DNA of 64,000 bases, from sequence record NC_022096.1. One strand, written 5' to 3'. The notes under the pieces were generated by a model. That model searched no databases. It was not told the origin of the DNA and worked only from the letters and a program-made list of their open reading frames with translations. The translations under genes were made by a program, and so were the position numbers. This document shows, one piece after another, positions 8,644 to 17,941 of the stretch (positions within the stretch are counted from its first letter, which is position 1; the number at the start of each line of letters is the position of its first letter).

Positions 8644-9093
8644 TCACAGTTTCAATTGTTCGTTGCCGCGAATATGGTCGGGCGCTTTCAGCATCTGGTC
8701 ATACAGCAGACCAAGCAGATCGCCTGTGTATATCGGCGGCAGATCACGCAACAGGTCTATGGCGGCACTGCAATAAGCAATGCGCTCCCGTTCTCGATGC
8801 TTGGCCGCTGGCTTATAGCACTCGACATCATTGAAGGCATGGCCGGCAAGCGTCACGATAGCCGTGGCATGAAATGTGTGGCTGGTTGGGATGAACTTGC
8901 GCAGCTCTTCCTTGCTCGGCGTGTGGCAGATGCTCATGCCGTTGTGCCTACCGATGACAAGCGCGAAGTGGTCGGCGGTTGCCGCATCTTTGCCTACGCG
9001 GACCTGTGTCAGATAACGCCGCAGATCGTGTGCGCCGCGAGTGGAGTTGAAGTTGTCGAACGTCGAAAAGAACAAAACGGTAAGCAGGTTCAT
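8644..9093 (-). CDS. hypothetical protein
   Basis: 149 aa, ATGA coupling. Confidence 0.65.
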   Translation of the reverse strand: MNLLTVLFFSTFDNFNSTRGAHDLRRYLTQVRVGKDAATADHFALVIGRHNGMSICHTPSKEELRKFIPTSHTFHATAIVTLAGHAFNDVECYKPAAKHRERERIAYCSAAIDLLRDLPPIYTGDLLGLLYDQMLKAPDHIRGNEQLKL

Positions 9094-9392
9094 TGTTCGA
9101 TCCTCTCCAGCGCGTCGTTGACAAAACGGATGGCGCGCTCCTCGCCAAACGCTTCGATCAGACGCTCTTTGTCAAACGAGTCTGCGGGGACCTCTTCAAC
9201 GCCAACCTTGGCGGCCTTGGCATCTTCGGGAACGCGCATGATGGTGAACGTGTCCTGGACGAAGCTGCTGTTGACCTTTCGCAGCGCCGCAGTACAGGTA
9301 GCCGTCGCCAGTTCAGCTTGCGCCAGAGCCATTCGCTCATCGACGGAAGTAACGAATAGCTCCAGCTTGATCTTGTAGATGTTCGGACCCAT
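9090..9392 (-). CDS. hypothetical protein
   Basis: start moved to MGPNIY (TAATG overlap); 100 aa. Confidence 0.65.
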   Translation of the reverse strand: MGPNIYKIKLELFVTSVDERMALAQAELATATCTAALRKVNSSFVQDTFTIMRVPEDAKAAKVGVEEVPADSFDKERLIEAFGEERAIRFVNDALERIEQ

Positions 9393-10402
9393 TAGCGCAG
9401 CCTCATATCGTTGGTAAAGGTAAACTCGCTGTCGTTCAGGCAGCGAAACTCGATCAGTTTCCACAGCGGCTTGGCAATACTGGCAGAAGACTGCACCAGC
9501 TCATCGGGATTGGCGTATCCGGAAGGACCTGGGTCGAAACTTTCACCGAAAGTGCCGTCTTCGAGATTCAGCCAGACAAGTTTGCTGGGTTGGGCGTCGA
9601 AAGCTGCCAGCATTTCCCGTGCATCCTCGACGGCCTTGACGAACTCGGGCTTGAAGCCGATGCGCGAATCGTTCGGGTCGTTGCTCACGTCGGCAGGGAA
9701 CAGAGCCAGCACGGCGCGCAGAGCTTCGACCGGATTGGCGACCTTACGCGCCACTGCGTGCTTTGCCAGGTAGTTGCGATACTCAGCGAACGCCAGCTTT
9801 TCATCGGCATGGAAGCGTTCAGCTTCTTGGCTGAATAGCGGTAAGTCCAGCAGGGCGCACACCAGTTCGCTCCAACTGAGGCCACCACGGCGCGCCAGCA
9901 TATCGGCTGTCTGGTTGTGGTTCTTCTCAAGGCGCTTTTCAACCTTGAGAACGAGTTCGAACGGTACGGCCTGGTTGGTAGTCAGCGCCGACTGGATCGG
10001 AAAAGTGCGGCGAACAGGCTCGGCTGGTTGCTTCTGCTCTCCGTTCTGCCATGCTTCGATCTGCGCCTTGAGCTGTTCTTTCTTGACTGCACACTCCTCG
10101 CGTAGTTTGGCGGCAGGCCGCTCCACACGCCCGGTGAGTTCAAAGCAGTCCACGTCCTCGTATTCGGAGTAGAGTTCGTACCACAGCGACAAACGACGTA
10201 CGGTCAGTATCACTGTACGGTCTTGGGCCGTCAGGGAGTCTAGCGTTTGCTTCAACTCAGGCGCACAGCGACGCATGGACTCTACCAGAGTGTGGCGATT
10301 TTCATTCACCACGGACAGCAACCAATCAGGCACTGGACGGTTCAGTCGGGTCAGCACTTCGTTGAGTAAATGGGCGGCGACACTATACGGCGGCATTCTC
10401 AT
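9392..10402 (-). CDS. hypothetical multidomain protein
   Basis: 336 aa; internal QTADMLARRGGLSWSEL segment and C-terminal WLNLEDG...WKLIEF segment recall separate small phage proteins. Confidence 0.7.
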   Translation of the reverse strand: MRMPPYSVAAHLLNEVLTRLNRPVPDWLLSVVNENRHTLVESMRRCAPELKQTLDSLTAQDRTVILTVRRLSLWYELYSEYEDVDCFELTGRVERPAAKLREECAVKKEQLKAQIEAWQNGEQKQPAEPVRRTFPIQSALTTNQAVPFELVLKVEKRLEKNHNQTADMLARRGGLSWSELVCALLDLPLFSQEAERFHADEKLAFAEYRNYLAKHAVARKVANPVEALRAVLALFPADVSNDPNDSRIGFKPEFVKAVEDAREMLAAFDAQPSKLVWLNLEDGTFGESFDPGPSGYANPDELVQSSASIAKPLWKLIEFRCLNDSEFTFTNDMRLR

Positions 10403-10465
10403 TGATCACTTCCTCGATGTTAGTGGTTTCCGATGGGCACTGTCGCCAATGCCCAAACGAAACGA

Positions 10466-10741
10466 CTAGCGCGCGGCAGAACGGCAGTAGCTGTCCGCGA
10501 TTTCATCGGCGGCAGCGTTTACTTTGTTGTTCTTGGCGTACCAGGCAGCTAGCTCCGGATCAGCTTTGAACACTTCGGCACGCTTGGTGTTACGCATCTG
10601 GTTGAGTGCGTCGAGCAGTTCCTTCTCTGCACGCTCACCGGAGGCGCGCTCGCCTGCGACGATTTCTTTGGCATACGCCGGCACCGACTTGCCCAGGCGA
10701 GTTTTCAGGTTGATCAGGTGTTGTGCGGCTTCTTTACTCAT
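10466..10741 (-). CDS. hypothetical protein
   Basis: 91 aa. Confidence 0.65.
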   Translation of the reverse strand: MSKEAAQHLINLKTRLGKSVPAYAKEIVAGERASGERAEKELLDALNQMRNTKRAEVFKADPELAAWYAKNNKVNAAADEIADSYCRSAAR

Positions 10742-11087
10742 GGGTGCGTCCCTCTACGCGGTTGGTTGCTTCGACGAAGGCCTCTTTCAGGCCGCAGCCG
10801 GTTGTTGCTCTGTACCACTTAATCCAATCGACATTTGGTCGACCGTTTGCTGCACGCAGCGCAGGCTCAGGTCCTGCGTTCTCGGCCTCTTCCCGACGAC
10901 GAGCAGCCTCACGTTCACGGTGAAGTTTAAAGTTAGCGCTCGCCGCCTCGTGGTGGAAGTCAATGCACAGCTTCGCCACTTCGACGGAGGGTACTTCCGC
11001 CACAGGAGTATTCTCCAAATAGACGCGCAGTTGGTCCTCTGCTTTGATGTTGAAGCCTCGGTAGTGCACCAGGGTGTACTCAGTCAA
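10734..11087 (-). CDS. hypothetical protein with C-terminal ribosomal bL12-CTD-like helix motif
   Basis: WIKWYRATTGCGLKEA resembles the bL12 IKxxRxxTGxGLKEA signature. Confidence 0.55.
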   Translation of the reverse strand: MTEYTLVHYRGFNIKAEDQLRVYLENTPVAEVPSVEVAKLCIDFHHEAASANFKLHREREAARRREEAENAGPEPALRAANGRPNVDWIKWYRATTGCGLKEAFVEATNRVEGRTHE

Positions 11088-11308
11088 CTTTTGCCTCCGA
11101 GCAATTGTGCCAGCATTTGCATTGGGTGCTGTTTGTCCCAGCCGACCTTGTTGCGAATCTCCATGGACTCGACAAGGTCTATGGCTTGTACGTGATCGGC
11201 GAGTTGCATTCGGTAGACGCTTTCGCTTTCACCTTCTACTGGCTCGCGGAACTTGTGGCGACGCGCAGCACCCACAAGGCTATCCATGTCAGGGAAGTCG
11301 CGAGGCAT
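11084..11308 (-). CDS. hypothetical protein
   Basis: 74 aa, coupled at both ends. Confidence 0.7.
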   Translation of the reverse strand: MPRDFPDMDSLVGAARRHKFREPVEGESESVYRMQLADHVQAIDLVESMEIRNKVGWDKQHPMQMLAQLLGGKS

Positions 11309-11850
11309 CAGTCGTCGTCCTCGCGGTAGCCGTCGGCAATCTTCTCGGCCAGCTCCGGATAGAGTTTGAAGATTTCGTCCTTGCGCGCGTTGAGCTCCTT
11401 GATTTCGCGGCTCAGACGCTTGCTGACCTTCATATCGCCGTAGCGACCTGCCAACTTCTCGCTGACCTTCTGGTCCTGCAGAAGCTCAGCCAGCTTCTGG
11501 TTGATGTCTTGCAGTTCAGTCACCGCCACGGCTTCGTCAACCAAACCAGCATAATGGACGAGCTGCTGCCAGTCGTAGCCCAGTTTCTTGAGCATGCCGC
11601 GGAAGCTGACTCGCGGATCGGTGCTTGGTCCGTCTGCGTGAGCCTTGCGCGGCTTTCTCGGCAGTTGGCGCAGCTCCAAGAACGGAGCGACCAGAAGGCG
11701 CAGTTGATCCGCGGTCAGAGGCGAAACGTGCGGCTGGAGCAGCTTCTCCATGGCATCCAGCACTTCGCCCATGTCCTCGCTGTTCATATACGGGTGCAGC
11801 AGATCGGCAAACTCGCTGCGCAGAATCAAAATGGTTTTCTGCGTGGTCAT
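11308..11850 (-). CDS. hypothetical protein
   Basis: 180 aa. Confidence 0.7.
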   Translation of the reverse strand: MTTQKTILILRSEFADLLHPYMNSEDMGEVLDAMEKLLQPHVSPLTADQLRLLVAPFLELRQLPRKPRKAHADGPSTDPRVSFRGMLKKLGYDWQQLVHYAGLVDEAVAVTELQDINQKLAELLQDQKVSEKLAGRYGDMKVSKRLSREIKELNARKDEIFKLYPELAEKIADGYREDDD

Positions 11851-12728
11851 TGCGCATTCTCCTTGTTATAGCTCGGCAGACTGGCCAGGTCTTCGCCGGT
11901 GATGAATTGGTAGAACTCGCGGCTGGGCAACACACCTGCTTTCAGGTAAGTGGAATAGCCAGCAGGCCAGCGCCAGTCGCGGAAGAAGAACTCAGTTGAG
12001 CCGTTAGCTTCGCCAGTCCAACGATGTTGACTCCAGCCGCGGTAACGATTCACCAGCGCCAGATGTTCAACTTCGGCGAGACGCAGCAGAAACTTACCCT
12101 TGGCAACCTTATCGTAGCCGCGCGCTGTGGTGACTACAGGGAACGGCAGCGTGTCGTCCCGAGTGAAGTTTACGTTCTGGCGCCAGAAGCCAGCGCGCTT
12201 GCCTTCCCAGTTGAGCAAGCGGCCATTGTCGTTGATAACGTCCATGGCCTGCTTACCTTTAGGTGCCTTACCCTTCTTGAAGAAGAACGCGGGCTTCACC
12301 TTGGTCTGGAGTTCTTTCGGACGCGGGTCCTTGGACGGACGCGCTTTGATTTCGGCGTTCAGGGCTTTAACGTCCTGCTGCGGCTTGATCAGCAGTTGAA
12401 GCACCTTATACTCGTCCAAGCGCAAGCCGCCGCGCTGCAAACATTTGACACCCCACGCATCGGTGAGGACCACGTCGTTGACTTCACCCAACACCTCGCA
12501 CTCGCAGAGTGTCGTCTTGCCCTTCACCTCGGTTTCCCACAGCGCCGTCAACGGGTCCATTTCTCCAGTTGGGGAATACACGGCGTGTGTGCAGCCCTTC
12601 GGGAGTTTCGGGATTTTGCCACGCAGCGCACCGTGCAGCATACGCATCAGCGCAGGCATGTTGATGATGTGGAATTTCGGCTCTTGGACTTTCTTGGCAG
12701 TCTTGACGCCCATGTTCGTTAACCTCAT
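11847..12728 (-). CDS. hypothetical basic protein
   Basis: about 290 aa, Lys-rich; first gene after promoter P3. Confidence 0.75.
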   Translation of the reverse strand: MRLTNMGVKTAKKVQEPKFHIINMPALMRMLHGALRGKIPKLPKGCTHAVYSPTGEMDPLTALWETEVKGKTTLCECEVLGEVNDVVLTDAWGVKCLQRGGLRLDEYKVLQLLIKPQQDVKALNAEIKARPSKDPRPKELQTKVKPAFFFKKGKAPKGKQAMDVINDNGRLLNWEGKRAGFWRQNVNFTRDDTLPFPVVTTARGYDKVAKGKFLLRLAEVEHLALVNRYRGWSQHRWTGEANGSTEFFFRDWRWPAGYSTYLKAGVLPSREFYQFITGEDLASLPSYNKENAQ

Positions 12729-12749
12729 CTATGATTGTCACCATTGAGC

Positions 12750-12783
12750 AAACTGGTAGTGGTTGCTCTCGCACTACCAGTTT
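12750..12783 (-). other. 5' leader stem-loop (12-bp perfect stem, 10-nt loop) overlapping the -10 of P3
   Basis: AAACTGGTAGTG-N10-CACTACCAGTTT. Confidence 0.7.
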
Positions 12784-12823
12784 AACACAACCGCGATTCG
12801 ACGTATACCCAGTTAGTGGTTAT
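12779..12823 (-). promoter_or_regulatory. promoter P3
   Basis: minus strand ATAACCACTA-N5-GTATAC-N15-TGT-TAAACT; same spacing as P1. Confidence 0.7.
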
Positions 12824-12832
12824 ATCCGTAGC

Positions 12833-13288
12833 TTAGGTATTCGCCCTACGGATGATCAGGCTGCCACGTTCGCGGATCGTACGGTAGCAGGCACGTTGTA
12901 TCGTGGCGTGCAGACGGCCGAGGCTAAATTCGGCGTTGCACTCGATGCTGGCGCAGATGTCCTCGCCCAGGAGTTTGTCACCGAGCATGGTGCGCAACTC
13001 GAAACTCAGGCGACGGTTGACGTTACTGGACGACTCGATTACCACGGAGTACAGCTCCAGAACTTCGCGCAGTTTGAACTCGACAACCAGGTTCTCGCCG
13101 CCGGCGGTATCATCCGCGAACTGGTGCAGCTCGGGAATCAGATCACGCAGATGGCTGGAACTGAACATCGGCACCACGTACGGGCGCAGCGCGTGTGCGA
13201 GCTTGGACAGGTTACTCGCCTCCATCGCAGCGACAGAGTGCGGGCGCTTGTCGTGCAGGCCCTTGAAGCAAAATTCGATCTGGCTCAT
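12833..13288 (-). CDS. hypothetical protein (paralog of 13297..13764)
   Basis: 151 aa; LSKLAHALRPYV...SLIIR. Confidence 0.7.
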   Translation of the reverse strand: MSQIEFCFKGLHDKRPHSVAAMEASNLSKLAHALRPYVVPMFSSSHLRDLIPELHQFADDTAGGENLVVEFKLREVLELYSVVIESSSNVNRRLSFELRTMLGDKLLGEDICASIECNAEFSLGRLHATIQRACYRTIRERGSLIIRRANT

Positions 13289-13296
13289 GTTCTCTC

Positions 13297-13764
13297 CTAG
13301 ACGACCATTCTGAGGTCGGGTGTGCGATATTCGCGGATGATCAACGACTTGCCGCCTTCAAGGAAGTGGTGTAGGCTACGCAACACCATACCCAAAACCA
13401 GCAGTTCTTCGTACTCGGCACTTTCGACAAAATCAACCACGCTGTTCTTGTCGATGGCCTTGGTTTTCAGAAGTTGGCTTGCATCGTAGGCAAGCGTATC
13501 GCACAGATCATGCAGCGCCATCTGTACGGCGTAGAACAAGGAGAGCACACCGCGGCGACCCAGCTGGACGCACTCGACCGGGCGTCCAGTGTACTCGTTG
13601 ATGCGGCAAACCGCTTCGAGCTTGCGACGAATGCCGGAGTACGGCAGCTTCTTCACGTACGGCTTAATCGCTGTAGCCAGCAGTTCGAGGTCGGCAGGGT
13701 AGAACGTGTTTACGTCAACCAAGCCGTTTTTGGACTTGGCAGAAAACTTCACCGTGTGCGACAT
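13297..13764 (-). CDS. hypothetical protein (paralog of 12833..13288)
   Basis: 155 aa; LELLATAIKPYV...SLIIR. Confidence 0.7.
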   Translation of the reverse strand: MSHTVKFSAKSKNGLVDVNTFYPADLELLATAIKPYVKKLPYSGIRRKLEAVCRINEYTGRPVECVQLGRRGVLSLFYAVQMALHDLCDTLAYDASQLLKTKAIDKNSVVDFVESAEYEELLVLGMVLRSLHHFLEGGKSLIIREYRTPDLRMVV

Positions 13765-14079
13765 TCAGTCCTCCAGGCTCACATGAACGGTGACTAGGAA
13801 ATACACGCCCGACGTAGGTACAGGTTGTGTCGGGTCTTCTGCCATGAGTTCGATTACTGGATGGTAGCGAACGAGCTGAGCTCCGATACGCTTCTCCTCC
13901 TCATCGATCTGGCGACTGATCTTCATGTACGCCTCGGCCAACCCTTCGTTTACTTCACACGGGATGCCGAGCAGCTTTGGCACGCCGCCATCCATGACAA
14001 CACCCCATTCGATGTTTGGGGTATACGCTGCTGCGTGAAATTCTGTTTTGTAGTGGGGTTGTTCGTATTCCATGTTCAC
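13765..14079 (-). CDS. hypothetical protein
   Basis: 104 aa, AAGGAG RBS. Confidence 0.65.
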   Translation of the reverse strand: MNMEYEQPHYKTEFHAAAYTPNIEWGVVMDGGVPKLLGIPCEVNEGLAEAYMKISRQIDEEEKRIGAQLVRYHPVIELMAEDPTQPVPTSGVYFLVTVHVSLED

Positions 14080-14100
14080 TCCTTACATACTGCGCGTGTT

Positions 14101-14496
14101 TTATACAACACCCAATTCTTTGAGGCGTTCTTCTACCAGCTCACTGGCGATGGCTTCGATACGTTCGCGGCGCTTGGTCTTCTTGATCTTCTTCAACGCC
14201 TTCACGCGGCGCTTCATCAGGCGGTCATGCGCCATCATACCGATGACCCAACCCACACCGGAACCTACGGCAGTGAAAGCGATAACGGCAGGCTCGCCGG
14301 TACGCGCCAGCATCAGCATAACCAGACCTTCAAACGCCGTCATCATGGCGCCACAGAAGAACGCCAGCTTCTTGTGCCCGCCCGCCACGTTCTTGTTCTG
14401 GAAGCCACGCAGAAACGTGGTTGCAAACATTGCAGCGAACGCCAAACCGAAGACAGCCAGCTTGTCGAAAGGTATCAGTGCGGGTAGGGTTTCCAT
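14101..14496 (-). CDS. membrane protein
   Basis: three hydrophobic segments, basic C-terminal tail. Confidence 0.7.
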   Translation of the reverse strand: METLPALIPFDKLAVFGLAFAAMFATTFLRGFQNKNVAGGHKKLAFFCGAMMTAFEGLVMLMLARTGEPAVIAFTAVGSGVGWVIGMMAHDRLMKRRVKALKKIKKTKRRERIEAIASELVEERLKELGVV

Positions 14497-14506
14497 GTTC
14501 GTATAC

Positions 14507-14851
14507 CTAGAGTTTGCGATAGACCTTGTAGGTGTCCTTGTACACGCCTGTGTACTCGGCCAGTACAGTTCGTCTGGCGATCAGCAGTGCCAGTACCTGC
14601 CCGTAGTTGCGACGCTGCTTCGGGTCGCGCTTGTGTACAGAGTCCATCGTATCGAGTACGGTGAACGTGGCACCAGACGCTATGCCCTTCATGTTGCCGA
14701 GGATGATTTCCTTATGGCTGGGTAGCGACTTGTCGTACTCCGCCTGAAAGTGGGCGTAGAGGACGTTTGACACGAAGACATCGGGCGTTATCTCGTCTTT
14801 GGCCGCAGCGCCTTCGACCTGTCGCATCAAATGCGGATGGAGCTTGATCAT
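14507..14851 (-). CDS. hypothetical protein
   Basis: start moved to MIKLHP (ATGA overlap). Confidence 0.65.
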   Translation of the reverse strand: MIKLHPHLMRQVEGAAAKDEITPDVFVSNVLYAHFQAEYDKSLPSHKEIILGNMKGIASGATFTVLDTMDSVHKRDPKQRRNYGQVLALLIARRTVLAEYTGVYKDTYKVYRKL

Positions 14852-15114
14852 TCTTTCGGCTCCTGCTTTTCGGCACGCCACGATTCGCGTATTGCCAACG
14901 CCTTGTGCAGCTCATACGCAGGCTTCAACGCGAAGTAGCCGAGAATTGCGAAGAAGACGACGATGCCGAGATAGACCCAATCACCGTTGTGGACAATCTC
15001 CAAGATGGCTCGCGCCAACATCAGCGCAATGGCCAGACCAGCAATTGGCCAGACCAGATGGAACACACCGGCCGGGTGCTTCTTCCAGTTGAAGACTTGA
15101 TCGAAGAATTTCAT
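14848..15114 (-). CDS. small membrane protein (2 TM)
   Basis: start MKFFDQ, GGAGGGG RBS; two hydrophobic helices. Confidence 0.7.
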   Translation of the reverse strand: MKFFDQVFNWKKHPAGVFHLVWPIAGLAIALMLARAILEIVHNGDWVYLGIVVFFAILGYFALKPAYELHKALAIRESWRAEKQEPKE

Positions 15115-15407
15115 TTCCCCTCCTTCGCTTGGCGTTCTTGGTACCATTCTGGTTTGGCAAAGCGGTCGGAGAACGAGTAGCTGTCCTCAGGATCGCCGCC
15201 CATGTCGATGTTGAGAGCATCCGGCCACAGCTTGAGGAGTTGCTCCTTGCTTTCGACGTAAGCGATCAGGATGGAACCCTCGGCGCTGTAACCACTGCAC
15301 CAGTACGGGTGATCGATCGGCCAGGTGACCGGACGATAGTCATCTTCCGGCACCGTGAAGCGGGCGCGATATACAGGCTTGCCGTTGTACGTCTTTTCGG
15401 TGTGCAT
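15111..15407 (-). CDS. hypothetical protein
   Basis: 98 aa, GGAG RBS. Confidence 0.7.
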   Translation of the reverse strand: MHTEKTYNGKPVYRARFTVPEDDYRPVTWPIDHPYWCSGYSAEGSILIAYVESKEQLLKLWPDALNIDMGGDPEDSYSFSDRFAKPEWYQERQAKEGK

Positions 15408-15427
15408 TCAAATTCTCCACGCGCCCG

Positions 15428-15730
15428 TTAGAAAGGCGCTGCCTCGGGTGAGGTCATTAGTTTCATCAGGCTCGGACTCGACTTAGCCAGCGTGCTCATT
15501 TCGATGTCCCACTTGCCGCCCTTTTTGATGCGCATGATGCCCAACTGAAAGCCCAGCTCATCAGCATGGAACTCCACGAAGTCGCCTTCGTTTGCGTAGT
15601 TCATTGCGAGCTGCACCATGCGCGGTAGAGCTGTATCGAAGTACGCGAACCGTCGCGTCAGGATCAGGTCCTTGGACAAGCCGCGATACATTGTGGCGAC
15701 TACGCGCCTTCTGTGTTTTACTTCCATCAA
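15428..15730 (-). CDS. hypothetical protein
   Basis: 100 aa. Confidence 0.7.
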   Translation of the reverse strand: MMEVKHRRRVVATMYRGLSKDLILTRRFAYFDTALPRMVQLAMNYANEGDFVEFHADELGFQLGIMRIKKGGKWDIEMSTLAKSSPSLMKLMTSPEAAPF

Positions 15731-16017
15731 GGGTTCTCCACTTTCCAGCGCAAGAAGTGTTCTGGGCGATGATACATTGTGTTGCCACCGCCCGTAGATC
15801 GGATCAGGATTCCTGCGGCCTTGCCGTCATCCACGAAGAACACAGAGTCTGTGTCGGGCTTGGTCAGACGGACAGGACGACGCACAAACACCAACTGATA
15901 CTCTGCCGTGGGTCCCATCTGCTTTTTCATGGAGCGTGCCATGACTTGCACACCAACCAGATACAGAAGAACGGGAGAAACAACGGCACCAGCCACGAAG
16001 CCAATGAGGAGGCTCAT
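15727..16017 (-). CDS. membrane-anchored hypothetical protein
   Basis: start MSLLIGF (TAATG overlap); N-terminal TM. Confidence 0.65.
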   Translation of the reverse strand: MSLLIGFVAGAVVSPVLLYLVGVQVMARSMKKQMGPTAEYQLVFVRRPVRLTKPDTDSVFFVDDGKAAGILIRSTGGGNTMYHRPEHFLRWKVENP

Positions 16018-16460
16018 TAGTCCATCAACTCCCGTGCTTTGCGAGCCTCGTGCTCGAAGTTGGCCTCGATGGCGTCCAGCACGTCGTAGATGTACGGGGC
16101 CAGATACTGGTCGACCTTGTCCATGGCTTTCTCGGCCTTGAACCACTTGCGCTCACGCTTTTCCATTTCCGGCCAGTCGTCAGCGTCTTTGACGTACTGC
16201 ATGGCGTACATGGTGACTTCTTGCATCTGGCCATTCTTGACGTAACGGTAGCTGCCGAGCTTCTGGCCAACATCGCCGAGGACGCCGGCCTCTTCGTAGA
16301 CTTCTTTCGCCGCGCTGGCGCGCTCAGTCAGATTGATTTCGACACCGCCCTTGGGGAACACCCATTCTTTGCCGTTGCTGGAAGTGACCAGCAGAATTTC
16401 AATCTTGTTGGAGTCAGTGATACGGAAAACCACACAGCCGGAAGATTTACGAGTACGCAT
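16017..16460 (-). CDS. Nudix hydrolase
   Basis: Nudix box FPKGGVEINLTERASAAKEVYEEAGV; LLVTSS as in DIPP/ApnA-type Nudix enzymes. Confidence 0.9.
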   Translation of the reverse strand: MRTRKSSGCVVFRITDSNKIEILLVTSSNGKEWVFPKGGVEINLTERASAAKEVYEEAGVLGDVGQKLGSYRYVKNGQMQEVTMYAMQYVKDADDWPEMEKRERKWFKAEKAMDKVDQYLAPYIYDVLDAIEANFEHEARKARELMD

Positions 16461-16474
16461 GTTTGAAACTCCAA

Positions 16475-17008
16475 TTAGTTGTCGTAGTCTTCGATGTCAT
16501 CACGATCATCGATTGGGCGAACGAGTTTGATGGTGATTGGTTGGGTGTTTTCGTCGATTTCCAACACATTGCCCACTAGGCGAGGGAACCCACGGTTGGT
16601 CTCGGTATCGACTTTACCGTTTGCGATCTGCCAGGCGCGGTAGCGGGCTTGGAGTGCGTTGAACTCAGCCTCTTCCTCGGGAGACTCAAAGATAGGACCT
16701 CCGAACTCCCAGGCTTCCGTGTCATCGAACGGGTCGCCATTCTCCTCGTCCTCTTCCGAGAAGAGGTAGTCAATTGGGTCTCCGTCCTCCTCTTTGTCTT
16801 CTTCGTCCGTGGCAAACTCATTTTCGTAGGCACGCACCGAATGCAGCTCGTTGATGTAAGCGTGGTAGTATGCCTCAGCCCGAGCTTTCTCGTTCTCGAT
16901 GCGCTTACCTTGGTAGTGGATTGCAAACTGCTGGGCTACCGCCATAACGCAGAGCGTAGGAATCAGGAAGTAGCCAGAGTTCTCAAACAGTGCGATCAGA
17001 AATTCCAT
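16475..17008 (-). CDS. acidic membrane-anchored protein
   Basis: N-terminal hydrophobic helix; D/E-rich middle. Confidence 0.7.
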   Translation of the reverse strand: MEFLIALFENSGYFLIPTLCVMAVAQQFAIHYQGKRIENEKARAEAYYHAYINELHSVRAYENEFATDEEDKEEDGDPIDYLFSEEDEENGDPFDDTEAWEFGGPIFESPEEEAEFNALQARYRAWQIANGKVDTETNRGFPRLVGNVLEIDENTQPITIKLVRPIDDRDDIEDYDN

Positions 17009-17017
17009 GTCGTTTCC

Positions 17018-17518
17018 TTATTCGGGCATAACCACGAGTTTGTTTGGTGCAGACATACGCAGGCGCGCAACCGGTACGACTAGGCCATTGTCGAGACGCA
17101 CAGAGCGCTCACCACTTCGGCGGACAACACCCACCACAGTGTGTTTCGAGTAGCGCGACGTGTACACATTGCATTTCATCAGGGTGCTTTTCGTCAGCTT
17201 GCCTTCGATGACTGTTTCGATAGCCTTGTGGACATCTTCGTTGCGCTTACGGCGATCAGTCTTGGACTCGCGCTTGACGGTTTGGCTGCGATCCTTTTTC
17301 TCGCGCTCCTTCTCGACCACTTTGGTGACGACCTTGGCCTCGACCGTCTTGGTGCCTGCCAGTTCTTTGCGGCGGTCGCTGCGCCATTTGAGCAGCTCCT
17401 TGGCGGACACGTCCTCGTCTTCAAACTCCGACAGGTCGAGGTCAGTGTTACGACGAACCCGGTAAAGGAGATTCGTTGCAGCAACCAGCATACGTTCCAG
17501 CTCTTTAACCTTGCTCAT
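17018..17518 (-). CDS. hypothetical basic protein
   Basis: 166 aa, GAGG RBS. Confidence 0.7.
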   Translation of the reverse strand: MSKVKELERMLVAATNLLYRVRRNTDLDLSEFEDEDVSAKELLKWRSDRRKELAGTKTVEAKVVTKVVEKEREKKDRSQTVKRESKTDRRKRNEDVHKAIETVIEGKLTKSTLMKCNVYTSRYSKHTVVGVVRRSGERSVRLDNGLVVPVARLRMSAPNKLVVMPE

Positions 17519-17720
17519 GATCGTTCCTCGCTAGTTTGTCCAGCTCAATGTGGGCACGTTGAGCGATTTCCCGATGTTCGGCAGCCCACTTGGCCAAGTC
17601 ATCGGACGGTCCTAATTCTTTAGCCACAGCCTCAAACGAATCAGCCAGGCGACTGTGGTAGGATGCAGTTTCGATCAACCTGCGTTTACGCCACTGTTGG
17701 AAAAGTTTGCGCAGGTTCAC
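17505..17720 (-). CDS. hypothetical protein
   Basis: probable GTG start overlapping upstream TGA; 71 aa. Confidence 0.5.
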   Translation of the reverse strand: MNLRKLFQQWRKRRLIETASYHSRLADSFEAVAKELGPSDDLAKWAAEHREIAQRAHIELDKLARNDHEQG

Positions 17721-17941
17721 GATTGCACCGTGGTCGTCCAGACCTTGTGTCCGGTAGTGCTGTCGTATACATCCCACCCGACAGGGTTGACTTCGAGCAA
17801 CTTTTGGGCGCAGGTTATCGCGAGGCTCAGACTATCAAACTCCGCGACGTCCAGATCGTAACCCGCGCGACTCAGCGAGGGTCCGCGATAGCCTTGCTCG
17901 GAAAACACACGACTACTTTTGAGCACACAGTACCGCTTCAT
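17717..17941 (-). CDS. hypothetical protein
   Basis: start moved to MKRYCV; 74 aa. Confidence 0.55.
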   Translation of the reverse strand: MKRYCVLKSSRVFSEQGYRGPSLSRAGYDLDVAEFDSLSLAITCAQKLLEVNPVGWDVYDSTTGHKVWTTTVQS

